A DNA stretch of 64,000 nt. Source: a bacterium. Lineage in GTDB: Bacteria; UBA8248. The stretch covers positions 1,792,001-1,856,000 of the forward strand of contig OY843592.1 of the NCBI GenBank assembly GCA_963692865.2. The letters are read 5' to 3'. Below the pieces are notes generated by a model, which was not told the DNA's origin, ran no database searches, and worked only from the letters and a program-made list of their open reading frames with translations. Made by a program: the position numbers and the translations under genes. Shown here piece by piece: positions 38,546-46,392 of this stretch. The stretch's first letter is position 1. Every line of letters starts with the position of its first letter.

Positions 38546-38678
38546 GGTTGCGACACGTCCCACGAGGTGCAGTCGACTTCGGGCTGCCCGCTGAATACAA
38601 GACGGCCCTCCCCGAGAGGGGCGAAATAGGCGGGAACCCACCTCAAGAACTTCTTACCTTGTGGATTGTGTCGCGACC
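38546..38678 (+). ncRNA. Unassigned structured RNA candidate (~133 nt)
   Basis: 11-bp closing stem GGUUGCGACAC/GUGUCGCGACC and 9-bp CCACGAGGU/ACCUUGUGG (G-U pairs on +), two inner hairpins; TTGACA at 38513-18 upstream. Confidence 0.5.
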
Positions 38679-39015
38679 GGCCCGGACTGCACGCGCGGGC
38701 GGCCGCGCGGGACGGCGCAACCGGGAGAACAGCGAGCGGCGCTCAGGCCGCCCGCAGACGCGAGGGGAAAGGAGGCTCATCGGACGAGACGCGAACGCGT
38801 CGGGAAACGCCTGTACCGGAACCGGCTTTGCGGCACGATTCACGAGGCGCGGTCATCCCCCGGTATGACGGTGGAAAATGAGGACCCGACTCCCACCTCT
38901 GACGGAACGGCCAAGCGGGCCCGTCTCCGTCGACGATCCTCCTGTGGATTGTATGCCGAAGCGGAACGGACGGCGCGGGCGACCCACCCGCCGTCCTCCG
39001 CTCCGCTTTCATAAA

Positions 39016-39367
39016 GCACACAACCGGTTTTACGGCCCGGTCGATAGCACAACCACCACCGATAAGCGCACGGCCTATACGGGAACTCTCACCTGTCCTG
39101 CGGCCGGTTCGTGCGCCACTACCATTACCGGCAGCGGCGATAGCCAGACGATTGCGGTAACCGGCTACAAGTTCACGGGAAGCCGACAGGCCAGTCCGGC
39201 TGTTACTGCGTCGGACGGCGTGAGCGGACGAGAGCGCCACGGTGGCGCCCGGCTCCGTCGCGGGCACGTTCGGCGTTACCGGAACCGACAAGATGGGGAC
39301 GCCGGACGACGCCACGGACGACGTCACCACCAGCTACGTGGGCGCGTTCGGCGCGCACAAGCAGTAG
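39016..39367 (+). pseudogene. Deleted/scrambled paralog of the 40721 lipoprotein
   Basis: 'NRFYGP', 'TGTLTCPAAGSCATTITG', then a frameshift to 'PGSVAGTFGVTG...YVGAFGAHKQ*', matching the intact C-terminus 'PGSAAGTFGVTG...IIGAFGAHNTQQ*'; no signal peptide. Confidence 0.75.
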
Positions 39368-39518
39368 AACGAAGCGCGATCGCTTCCGGCTCCGGGGCCG
39401 GGGCGGACGCATGAAGGATGAAAGATGGAAGACGAAGGATGACGGGAAAGACGCGCTCCGGCGGCCGGAAGGCGACGGAAGCGGGAGCCGCGCGGATGAG
39501 GGAGAGGAAAGAAGAAAA

Positions 39519-39623
39519 GGGGGGTGCCCGTTGGTTGCTTCCCTCGTGATAGAGCAAACTGTACCGCTCCCTGTTTAGAGTTTGAGTCCTCGAGCCGGGA
39601 ACGGGAACAAGCGGGCATCCCCC
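39519..39623. ncRNA. Conserved structured element, copy 1 (strand uncertain; promoter favours -)
   Basis: Closing stem GGGGG-TGCCCG-TTG / CAA-g-CGGGCA-t-CCCCC; apical GAG-TTTGAGTC-CTC; homologous to 42916-43022 with compensatory changes. Confidence 0.6.
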
Positions 39624-39629
39624 ACTCCC

Positions 39630-39658
39630 CTTATACGGATTTTCCCGGCGTTTGGCAA
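39630..39658 (-). promoter_or_regulatory. sigma70-like promoter TTGCCA-N17-TATAAG
   Basis: Spacing places +1 at the edge of the 39519-39623 stem; conserved in copy 2. Confidence 0.6.
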
Positions 39659-39759
39659 GACGGAAAAAGGGCCGTCCCGCCCTCCCCGGAGGCTTCGCTC
39701 CGAACGGGCGGGCGGTTCCTTTTTTTCGCGCGTGAGGGCCGGGCCCGGCGCGATGATCC

Positions 39760-40015
39760 CGCAGGGGCCGCACCGAACGGCGCCCGTAGGGGTCGCATAT
39801 CATGCGACCCGCATATCGAACGGGGAGGGCCGCATAATATGCGGCCCCTACGGTGAGATCCCGACCGGCCCGCAAGGGCTTTTTCAACAGCCCCCTCAAG
39901 GGGGGAGTGGTTGTTCGCCGCCCCTCCGGCAACGGGCCGCATGGTATGCGGCCCCTGCAAACAAATTGTCTCTCTCCGGCTTTTCCAACAGCCCCCTCAA
40001 GGGGGGAGTGGTTGT
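39760..40015. repeat. REP/MITE mosaic
   Basis: GTAGGGGTCGCATATCATGCGACCC...GGGCCGCATAATATGCGGCCCCTAC; twice CAACAGCCCCCTCAAGGGGGGAGTGGTTGT. Confidence 0.78.
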
Positions 40016-40052
40016 ATGCCTCGCGCGTGGCGGGATTCCCCCCCCCAGGGCC

Positions 40053-40133
40053 GAAGTTGCGCGCAAATCCAAATAGAAGTTGCGCGCAAATCCAAATAAA
40101 GGCTTGACAAACCCGAAGAAATTGCCGCACTAT
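40053..40133 (+). promoter_or_regulatory. Promoter TTGACA-N18-CACTAT preceded by a perfect 2x23-bp tandem repeat
   Basis: GAAGTTGCGCGCAAATCCAAATA at 40053-75 and 40076-98 (contains palindrome TTGCGCGCAA); TTGACA at 40104-09; similar promoter at 38384-38413. Confidence 0.55.
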
Positions 40134-40327
40134 CCCAAGAGTCAAGCGATGCGCGAGAGCGGCGACCCTTCGCCCGCCGATTACCACCCGCCCCTCATTC
40201 GCGGGGCCGGGGAGAGCGGGCGCGGAGCGGCGCTCAGGCGCATCGCGAGAAGGCGGCCCGGTAAAGCGAAGACCCGAAAGACGCCGGGCGCGCGCGGACG
40301 ACATCACGAGGCAGAGGACTCAAACCC

Positions 40328-40366
40328 ATGAAGCGCTACGCCACAAAACCACCTCCAGTCTCGTGA
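40328..40366 (+). CDS. Leader uORF1 MKRYATKPPPVS
   Basis: GAGGA RBS; homologous to uORF2 in length and KPPP; 3' end complementary to the lipoprotein RBS. Confidence 0.5.
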   Translation: MKRYATKPPPVS

Positions 40367-40502
40367 ATCATCCGGCGGCCGGCCCTTAGGCCCGCTCGCG
40401 CGGGCGGCGGGAACCGGTTTCCTTCCGGCGGCCCGCGCAAGGCGGCGGGCCCGGCGGGCGCCGGCGAAGCGGCAGACATCACGAGGCGGAGGACTCGAAC
40501 CC

Positions 40503-40541
40503 ATGAAGAAGTGCGCCGTAAAACCCCCTCCAACCTCGTAA
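40503..40541 (+). CDS. Leader uORF2 MKKCAVKPPPTS
   Basis: GGAGGA RBS; same 12 codons with synonymous Pro (CCA/CCC) and stop (TGA/TAA) differences relative to uORF1. Confidence 0.5.
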   Translation: MKKCAVKPPPTS

Positions 40542-40720
40542 ACCGCCCAGTGAACGGCCCGGCGCCCCGGCGCCGGTTCGAAACGCATACTCGAATGCCC
40601 GATAACGGAGGATGCCGAGAAAGTCGGAAACACCAGGAAAGGAGGTTCTTCAATCCACGAGTTTCGGTTTTGTTGTTGTCAAAGCTCTTTTTATCACGAG
40701 ACTAGGAGGACTCAAAAGTG

Positions 40721-42709
40721 ATGAAGATCACCGGAAACAGAATCTTTTCATTCATGCTGGCGGCGGCCTTCGCGCTGACGCTGGCGGGCTGCGGCGGAGG
40801 CGGCGGCGGGACGCCGGCGGCAGCGAAGTGTCCTGACGGTCAGGTCGGGACGCCCCCGAACTGCACGACCCCGCCGCCGAAGGCGACGGACGACGAGAAG
40901 TTCGCCGCGCGGGCGGCGAGAGACAGAGCCGAGACCGCCAGGATGGACGCGATGGCCGCGATGGGCGGCGACGACGGCTCGGTCGCCATGACCGCAGCGG
41001 CCGCGACGGCGGCGGCCGGTTCCGCGAGCGCCGCGGCCGATTCCGCGAGCATGGCCATGGCCGGGCGGACGGACTACGCGAACGCCAAGAAGGCGAGCGA
41101 TGAAGCCGCCGGCGAGAACACGAAGGCCGCGACCGCGAAGACGGCGGCCGACGGCGCGCAGACCGCTCTGGATGATGCCGTCACGGTCTATAACGCGGCG
41201 GTGGACGGTCAGGACATCGAGACGAAGGCCGGCGCGCTCGCCATCAAGGCGGCCGCCGACACGCTCAGGGCCGCCGCCATGAAGGCGCAGGCGGACGCCG
41301 CGAAGGCGCAGGCGGACGCGGAAGCGGCGAGAGACGCGGCGAAGTCCGATGCGGCCGATGCGGCGAAGTACGCCGCCATGCACGTCCTGGGCTTGCTCAA
41401 GGCGGCGAACCCGGCGGACGATCCCGACACCGACGGTGATAACCAGAACGAAAACGCCAACCGCGTGAAGGCCGTGACGGCCTCCATGACCTCGGCGGCA
41501 GGCGCAACCCCGGGTGATGGAAACCAGAGAGAAGGTGGAAGCAATATTACGGTCACCATTTCGTATAACCGTTCAGCGGCGGAAGATGACGAAGACACGA
41601 AGGACGTGGATGAGTCCGCCCCGGTATATGCCTTCGCGGTTACAGGTCCCGTGGAAATTACGAACGACGAGTTCACAGCCGATACCCCCACCGCCAAAAA
41701 GAAAGATCTGATGGACCTGGGCGGGTTCAAGGGTTTCGAGTTGGAGAAGACCACTGGCGGCAGCACCACTTATGTCCACGCCTACACGGACATCACAGCG
41801 CAAAAGATACATACGACGCCGGTTGTGAAGACACAGGGCCCAGATGTTGGCAACCCTGCAAGTACCCAAGCCGACGCCACCGCGCCCTCCGGTTGGAGTC
41901 CCGGCAAAGGCGAAGCCCATTCCTTCATGGGAAAGTATGACCATGATAATGACACTGCAACTAAATCGCTTTCGGGCGTGTTCATCTGTACCGGAGACAT
42001 CTGTGGCCCCACATATACGATAACGGCCGGGAAATTCACGACGCTTCCCCCTGGCTACCTCTTCAGGCCCGATCCGGTGACGACGGGCGGGGAGCCCACG
42101 CTGGACAGCGATTTCACTCAAGATGGAGACCAATTCGATCGCGACGGCGATTTCCTGACCTTCGGCGTCTGGCTGCAAGTTCCGGACACGACTGGCGCTA
42201 GCAACACCCCTGATAGTATATCGAGCGGCGTGTTCGCGAGCGGCAACGACCCGTACACGGTGACTGTGGCCCGTACGGGCACGGCGTCGTATAGCGGCCC
42301 GGCCGTGGGCGTCAAGTCGATGGGCGGCGCCGTGAGCCACGTGGACGGCACCGCCAGCCTGGATGTGAATTTCGGCACGAAACCCGAGGAGGGCGATGAC
42401 ACTTCCATGGGAACCATCGAAGGGACGGTCAGCTTGGGCGCGGACACGATCAGGCTCATCAGAAGCAACATCGATGCTGACGGCGGCGGTTTCAATGGAA
42501 ATACGTCGATGGGACCGATAAACGACACAACCGCCGCGTATAAGTACAACGGCAAGTTCGGCGGCAGGTTCTATGGTCCGGACACGGATTCCGATGGAGA
42601 CGCCATCGAGCCCGGCTCCGCCGCGGGCACCTTCGGCGTAACCGGCGGTAAGGACGACGACGCCATGAGCATCATCGGCGCGTTCGGCGCGCACAACACG
42701 CAGCAGTAG
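40721..42709 (+). CDS. Surface lipoprotein with Ala-rich stalk and TbpB-like C-terminal beta-barrel
   Basis: AGGAGG RBS; lipobox LAG/C + Gly linker; 'GTASYSGPAVG', 'GTASLDVNFG', 'GKFGGRFYGP', 'AGTFG', 'IGAFGA' TbpB-barrel motifs. Confidence 0.8.
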   Translation: MKITGNRIFSFMLAAAFALTLAGCGGGGGGTPAAAKCPDGQVGTPPNCTTPPPKATDDEKFAARAARDRAETARMDAMAAMGGDDGSVAMTAAAATAAAGSASAAADSASMAMAGRTDYANAKKASDEAAGENTKAATAKTAADGAQTALDDAVTVYNAAVDGQDIETKAGALAIKAAADTLRAAAMKAQADAAKAQADAEAARDAAKSDAADAAKYAAMHVLGLLKAANPADDPDTDGDNQNENANRVKAVTASMTSAAGATPGDGNQREGGSNITVTISYNRSAAEDDEDTKDVDESAPVYAFAVTGPVEITNDEFTADTPTAKKKDLMDLGGFKGFELEKTTGGSTTYVHAYTDITAQKIHTTPVVKTQGPDVGNPASTQADATAPSGWSPGKGEAHSFMGKYDHDNDTATKSLSGVFICTGDICGPTYTITAGKFTTLPPGYLFRPDPVTTGGEPTLDSDFTQDGDQFDRDGDFLTFGVWLQVPDTTGASNTPDSISSGVFASGNDPYTVTVARTGTASYSGPAVGVKSMGGAVSHVDGTASLDVNFGTKPEEGDDTSMGTIEGTVSLGADTIRLIRSNIDADGGGFNGNTSMGPINDTTAAYKYNGKFGGRFYGPDTDSDGDAIEPGSAAGTFGVTGGKDDDAMSIIGAFGAHNTQQ

Positions 42710-42915
42710 AACGAGTAACGACGCCTTCCGGCTTCGGGGCCTTTGCAAGATGGCCCCGGGGCCGGGGCGGATGCATGAAGGATGAAGGATGGAAGACGTA
42801 GGAAAGCGGGAAAGACGCGCTCCGGCGCCCGCGGGCGGCTGAAGGACGGAAAGAGAAGCGGATTACCGGCGAGAGAGAGTGAAGCGCCGGGGGAGCGGGG
42901 CGCGAGGGAAGAACC

Positions 42916-43022
42916 GGGGGTTACTCATTGGTTGCTCTACATCGTCGAGAGCAAAAGGTACCGGCCCATGCGACAGAGTTTGAGTCCTCTTCGGCGTGGC
43001 AAGGGAGCAATGAGTAACCCCC
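42916..43022. ncRNA. Conserved structured element, copy 2
   Basis: Perfect 15-bp stem GGGGGTTACTCATTG/CAATGAGTAACCCCC; TTGCTCT/AGAGCAA hairpin; apical AGAG-TTTGAGTC-CTCT. Confidence 0.6.
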
Positions 43023-43029
43023 ACCGCTC

Positions 43030-43058
43030 TCTATACGCGCATTCCCCGGGTTTGGCAA
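43030..43058 (-). promoter_or_regulatory. sigma70-like promoter TTGCCA-N17-TATAGA
   Basis: Nearly the same position relative to the stem as in copy 1. Confidence 0.6.
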
Positions 43059-43099
43059 CCCCCCGAGCGGCGTGACCGCCCCGGCGCGGCAAGGGGACG

Positions 43100-43520
43100 G
43101 AAAAAGGCCGCCGCTCAGGATCGCGCCGTAGGTCGGACATATATGTCCGACATACCATGCGACCCGGCCTTTCCGCCCCTCCGCAACGGGCCGCATGATA
43201 TGCGGCCCCTACAAACAAATTGTCTCTCTCCGGCTTTTTCAACCCCCCCCTCCCCGGGGAAGTCCGCCGCTCAGGATCGCGCCGTAGGTCGGACATATAT
43301 GTCCGACATATCATGCGACCCGTTGCGGAGAGGGGCGGCGAACAATCACTCCCCCTCAAGGGGTTGTTGAAAAACCTGGCCCTCTCGGATCAACCACGTT
43401 TTACCCGCAGGTCGGACATATATGTCCAACATATCATGCGACCCGTATTGTGAAGGCGAAAAAGCCGGGCCGCATGATATGCGGCCCCTACAATAGAAAC
43501 GACAATGACGGCGGTGGTCA
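43100..43520. repeat. REP/MITE mosaic
   Basis: Three GGTCGGACATATATGTCC(G/A)AC copies; ~55-bp direct repeat at ~43108/~43265; GTTGAAAAA and TTTTTCAAC ends. Confidence 0.8.
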
Positions 43521-43554
43521 ATCCGAGCGAGGAGGGGGGGGCGCGGCGTCCGGC

Positions 43555-44130
43555 TCACTTCAAGTCCGCGAACGGACCCGGGTCCGCCTCCAGCCCCAGG
43601 TAGTTCGCGCGGATGTGGTTCCACAGGGCGAGCTTCGTCCAGTCGGCGGTTTCGAGCACGCGGTAGTTCCGGTCGAAGAACGGGTTGGGGAGGTGGAAGG
43701 TCGTCATCTGCTCGCCGCGCCCGTTCAGGAGCGCCATCGAATAGCTCACCGGCGCGTGGCCCGCGACGGGCGGGTTCTGGTAAATCCTGAGCAGGGTCGC
43801 CCGCGCGCACCTTCTCCACCGCGCAAGCTCCGGCGGGCAGGTACGCCGCTCGTCGCCCCGGTGCTCGCCGATGCACAGGTGGAAGTGCCAGTCGCCGAGA
43901 TCGACCGTGAGGTAGCCGTCGAGGTAGCCGATCCGGCGGGGCGGGTCTTTCATGCGGTATTCGAACACGGCCCCCTGGATGCAGTGCCCGAAGACGATCG
44001 ACTCGTAGTGGTTATCGAGGAGGTCGCGGAGGAGGGTCTCGAGGAGTTCGCGTCCGGGCCGGAACTCCCAGACGGAATGGAGGCTGCCGTCGGGGCCGGT
44101 TTCTTCGCGGTATTGCGCGTCCGTCTTCAT
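43555..44130 (-). CDS. Hypothetical protein, possible ChuX/HutX-like tetrapyrrole-binding fold
   Basis: Last gene of the B12-uptake operon; 'GAVFEY', 'HFHL', 'SYSMALLNGRGEQMTTFHL' recall HutX/ChuX strands. Confidence 0.6.
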   Translation of the reverse strand: MKTDAQYREETGPDGSLHSVWEFRPGRELLETLLRDLLDNHYESIVFGHCIQGAVFEYRMKDPPRRIGYLDGYLTVDLGDWHFHLCIGEHRGDERRTCPPELARWRRCARATLLRIYQNPPVAGHAPVSYSMALLNGRGEQMTTFHLPNPFFDRNYRVLETADWTKLALWNHIRANYLGLEADPGPFADLK

Positions 44131-44165
44131 GCGGGACTCCTTGTGCGAGGCGCGCCGCTCTTGGG

Positions 44166-44576
44166 CTAATCGGTCGTTCGCGTGAGAGTATAGCGTATGG
44201 TGAGGACGAGCGTCTTATCGAGCCGGGGCAGGGGCGCCGCTTTCCGCACCGCATCGAGCGTGGCGGCGTCCAGGTGGGCGTTGCCCGAGGTCTTCTTGAT
44301 CCGCAAACCCGCAAGCCGCCCGTCCGGCAGCACCCGGAAGCTCACCGTGGCCGCGCCCTCCGCCCCCGATTCGCGCGCGAGCGCGGGATAATGCCGGTGG
44401 CGCCTGATGCGAGCGAGGATCGCCTGAAGCCGGGCGTCGGCGTCCATCCGGGCCCGGCGCTTCCTGAAGGTGAAGGAGGGCGCATCCACGGTCGTCTCTA
44501 TCTCCTGGGCGGGCAGCGGCGCGGGGGCGGAGAGCAGGAACAGCGCGAGCGCGATGAGAATGACGGCCGCTCTCAT
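44166..44576 (-). CDS. Short TonB-family protein (TonB_C domain)
   Basis: 'YPALARESGAEGAATVSFRVLPDG...SGNAHLDAATLDAVRKAAPLP'. Confidence 0.85.
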   Translation of the reverse strand: MRAAVILIALALFLLSAPAPLPAQEIETTVDAPSFTFRKRRARMDADARLQAILARIRRHRHYPALARESGAEGAATVSFRVLPDGRLAGLRIKKTSGNAHLDAATLDAVRKAAPLPRLDKTLVLTIRYTLTRTTD

Positions 44577-45358
44577 CCCTTCTCCTCCGGCGCGCGCATG
44601 ACGAAGAACCGCTCCTCCCCGCCGTTTACCGCGATGATCTCGGCGCGCACCTCGAACGCCTTCTCGATGAGCCGGGGCGTCAGGACGCTCCCGGCGTCTC
44701 CCTGGGCGAGTATCTCTCCCCGGTGGAGCAGGAGCAGTTCGTCGCAGAAGCGGCCCGCGAGGTTCAAGTCGTGAACCGAGACCACCACGGCGCGGCCCTC
44801 GCGCGCCTGCGCGCGCAGGATGGCGAGGATGTCGAGGCAGTGCCTCGCGTCCAGGTTCGCGAAGGGCTCGTCCAGCAGCAGGACGGGCGTTTGCGCGGCG
44901 AGCGTCCTCGCGATCAGGACGCGCTGCAGCTCACCGCCCGAGAGTTCGTTGATCGCGCGGTTCGCCAAGTCTCCCGCGTCCACGCCGCGAAGGGCGGCGT
45001 CCACCGCCGCGCGGTCGGCGTCGTTCTCGGGGGCGAGCCTGCCCTGGCGGGGGTATCTCCCCATCATCACCGTCTCCTCGACCCGGAAGGGAAAGGCGGG
45101 TTCGTGCTTCTGGGCGAGATAGCCCACGCGGCGCGCGGTTTCCCGCCTGTCGAACGAATCGATGGATTCGCCGTTGAGCGTAATGCGCCCGCTCTTCAGG
45201 GGCGCGAGACCCGCCAGCGCGCGCAGGAGCGTCGTCTTGCCCGCGCCGTTCGCGCCGATGACGCCCGTGAGCGCGCCGGGCCCGAATTCGGCCGATACGC
45301 CCCGGAGCGCCTCTCTCTCGCCGAGTTCGACGGTAACGTTCTCCGCTCTTATCCGCAT
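44573..45358 (-). CDS. ABC ATPase of cobalamin/iron-chelate uptake (BtuD/FecE-like)
   Basis: GANGAGKT, LSGGELQR, LLLDEP, VHDLNLA. Confidence 0.9.
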   Translation of the reverse strand: MRIRAENVTVELGEREALRGVSAEFGPGALTGVIGANGAGKTTLLRALAGLAPLKSGRITLNGESIDSFDRRETARRVGYLAQKHEPAFPFRVEETVMMGRYPRQGRLAPENDADRAAVDAALRGVDAGDLANRAINELSGGELQRVLIARTLAAQTPVLLLDEPFANLDARHCLDILAILRAQAREGRAVVVSVHDLNLAGRFCDELLLLHRGEILAQGDAGSVLTPRLIEKAFEVRAEIIAVNGGEERFFVMRAPEEKG

Positions 45359-46392
45359 CAGAAGGTCTCCGCGCGCGCGCGGTTCTTGACGATGAGATAC
45401 AGGAAAAACGGCCCGCCGATGCCCGCGGAGAGGACGCCCAGGCGTATCTCGCCCGCCGGCGCGAGCGTTCGCGCGAGCAGGTCCATCCCCATCACGAAAA
45501 CCGCGCCCGCCGCCACGCTCAAGTACAGGAGTCTCCTGTGGTCCGGCCCGGCCAGCATCCGCACGATGTGGGGGACGAGCAGGCCCACGAAGCCGACCAC
45601 GCCCGCCACGGCCACGGACGCTCCCGCCGCCGCCGCCGCGACCACGAGTATCCACGCCTTCGTCCGCTTCGTGTTCACGCCGAGCGCCATGGCGGCTTCT
45701 TCTCCCGACATCATGAGGTTCAGTTCGCGCCCGAAGAACGCGGCGGCGATTCCCGAGGCGGCGAAAAACGGCGCGATGAGGATCACGTGCTCCCAGGTGC
45801 GGTTCGCGAGGCTCCCCATGAGCCAGAAGAGAATCTGGCGGGCGATCTCGAAATCGCTCACGCTGTAGCTGAGCACGAGCGTCGTTAGCGCGCCCGCAAT
45901 GGAGTTCATCGCCATGCCGCACAGGATGAGCGCGCCCAGGGGCGTGTGGCCCTTGTGGGAGGCGACGAGCGAGACGAGCAGCGCCGTCGCGAGCGCGCCC
46001 GCGAAGGCGCTCAGGGGAACGGCCCAGACCGATGCGGCGCCGAGTCCCAGCGCGATGGCGCTCGTCGCCCCCAGCGCGCCGCCCGTGCTGACGCCTACGA
46101 CGACGGGGCTCGCCATCGGGTTTCGGAAAAGACCCTGGAGCATGGCGCCCGAGAGCGCCAGCGACGCGCCCACGAACGCGCCCGTGAGCGTGCGCGGGAG
46201 GCGGATGTGCCAGACGATGGCGCGCTCGTGCGCGGAGACGCCCGCCGCCTCTTCGGAGATAAAACCCAGTTCGCTCAGGATGACGTTAAGGATTTTGTCC
46301 GCGCCGATATCCGCCACGCCCAGGCGGACGCTGAGCGCGGCGAGGAGGAGAGCGAGGGCGATCAGCGCGGCCGCCGGGGCGTGCTTTTTCAT
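45358..46392 (-). CDS. FecCD/BtuC-family permease
   Basis: 'IRLPR', 'QGLFRNPMASP', 'FWLMGSL', 'GFVGLLVPH'. Confidence 0.9.
   Translation of the reverse strand: MKKHAPAAALIALALLLAALSVRLGVADIGADKILNVILSELGFISEEAAGVSAHERAIVWHIRLPRTLTGAFVGASLALSGAMLQGLFRNPMASPVVVGVSTGGALGATSAIALGLGAASVWAVPLSAFAGALATALLVSLVASHKGHTPLGALILCGMAMNSIAGALTTLVLSYSVSDFEIARQILFWLMGSLANRTWEHVILIAPFFAASGIAAAFFGRELNLMMSGEEAAMALGVNTKRTKAWILVVAAAAAGASVAVAGVVGFVGLLVPHIVRMLAGPDHRRLLYLSVAAGAVFVMGMDLLARTLAPAGEIRLGVLSAGIGGPFFLYLIVKNRARAETF

Noticed and set aside
38586-38634. Hammerhead-like CUGA...GAAA
   Set aside because: Core reads CUGAAUA rather than CUGANGA, with extra unpaired bases and no proper stem I/III cleavage site.
40475-40545. 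tRNA-like T-arm GGGTTCGAGTCC on the minus strand
   Set aside because: Only ~60 nt between the would-be acceptor strands, T-stem only 3 bp, no D or anticodon arms and no CCA; better explained as the complement of the RBS module.
42782-43075. ORF MKDGRRR..GKTRSG…WLL, also open in copy 1 from 39418
   Set aside because: No properly spaced RBS, lengths differ (97 versus 43 aa), and similarity is confined to the conserved nucleotide tracts; frame retention has about a 1-in-3 chance. Not called, but not strictly excluded.
43100-43520. Possible CRISPR array (recurring GTCGGACATATATGTCCGAC)
   Set aside because: Irregular spacing, copies dispersed through the window in both orientations, non-unique spacers and no cas genes; these are REP-like.
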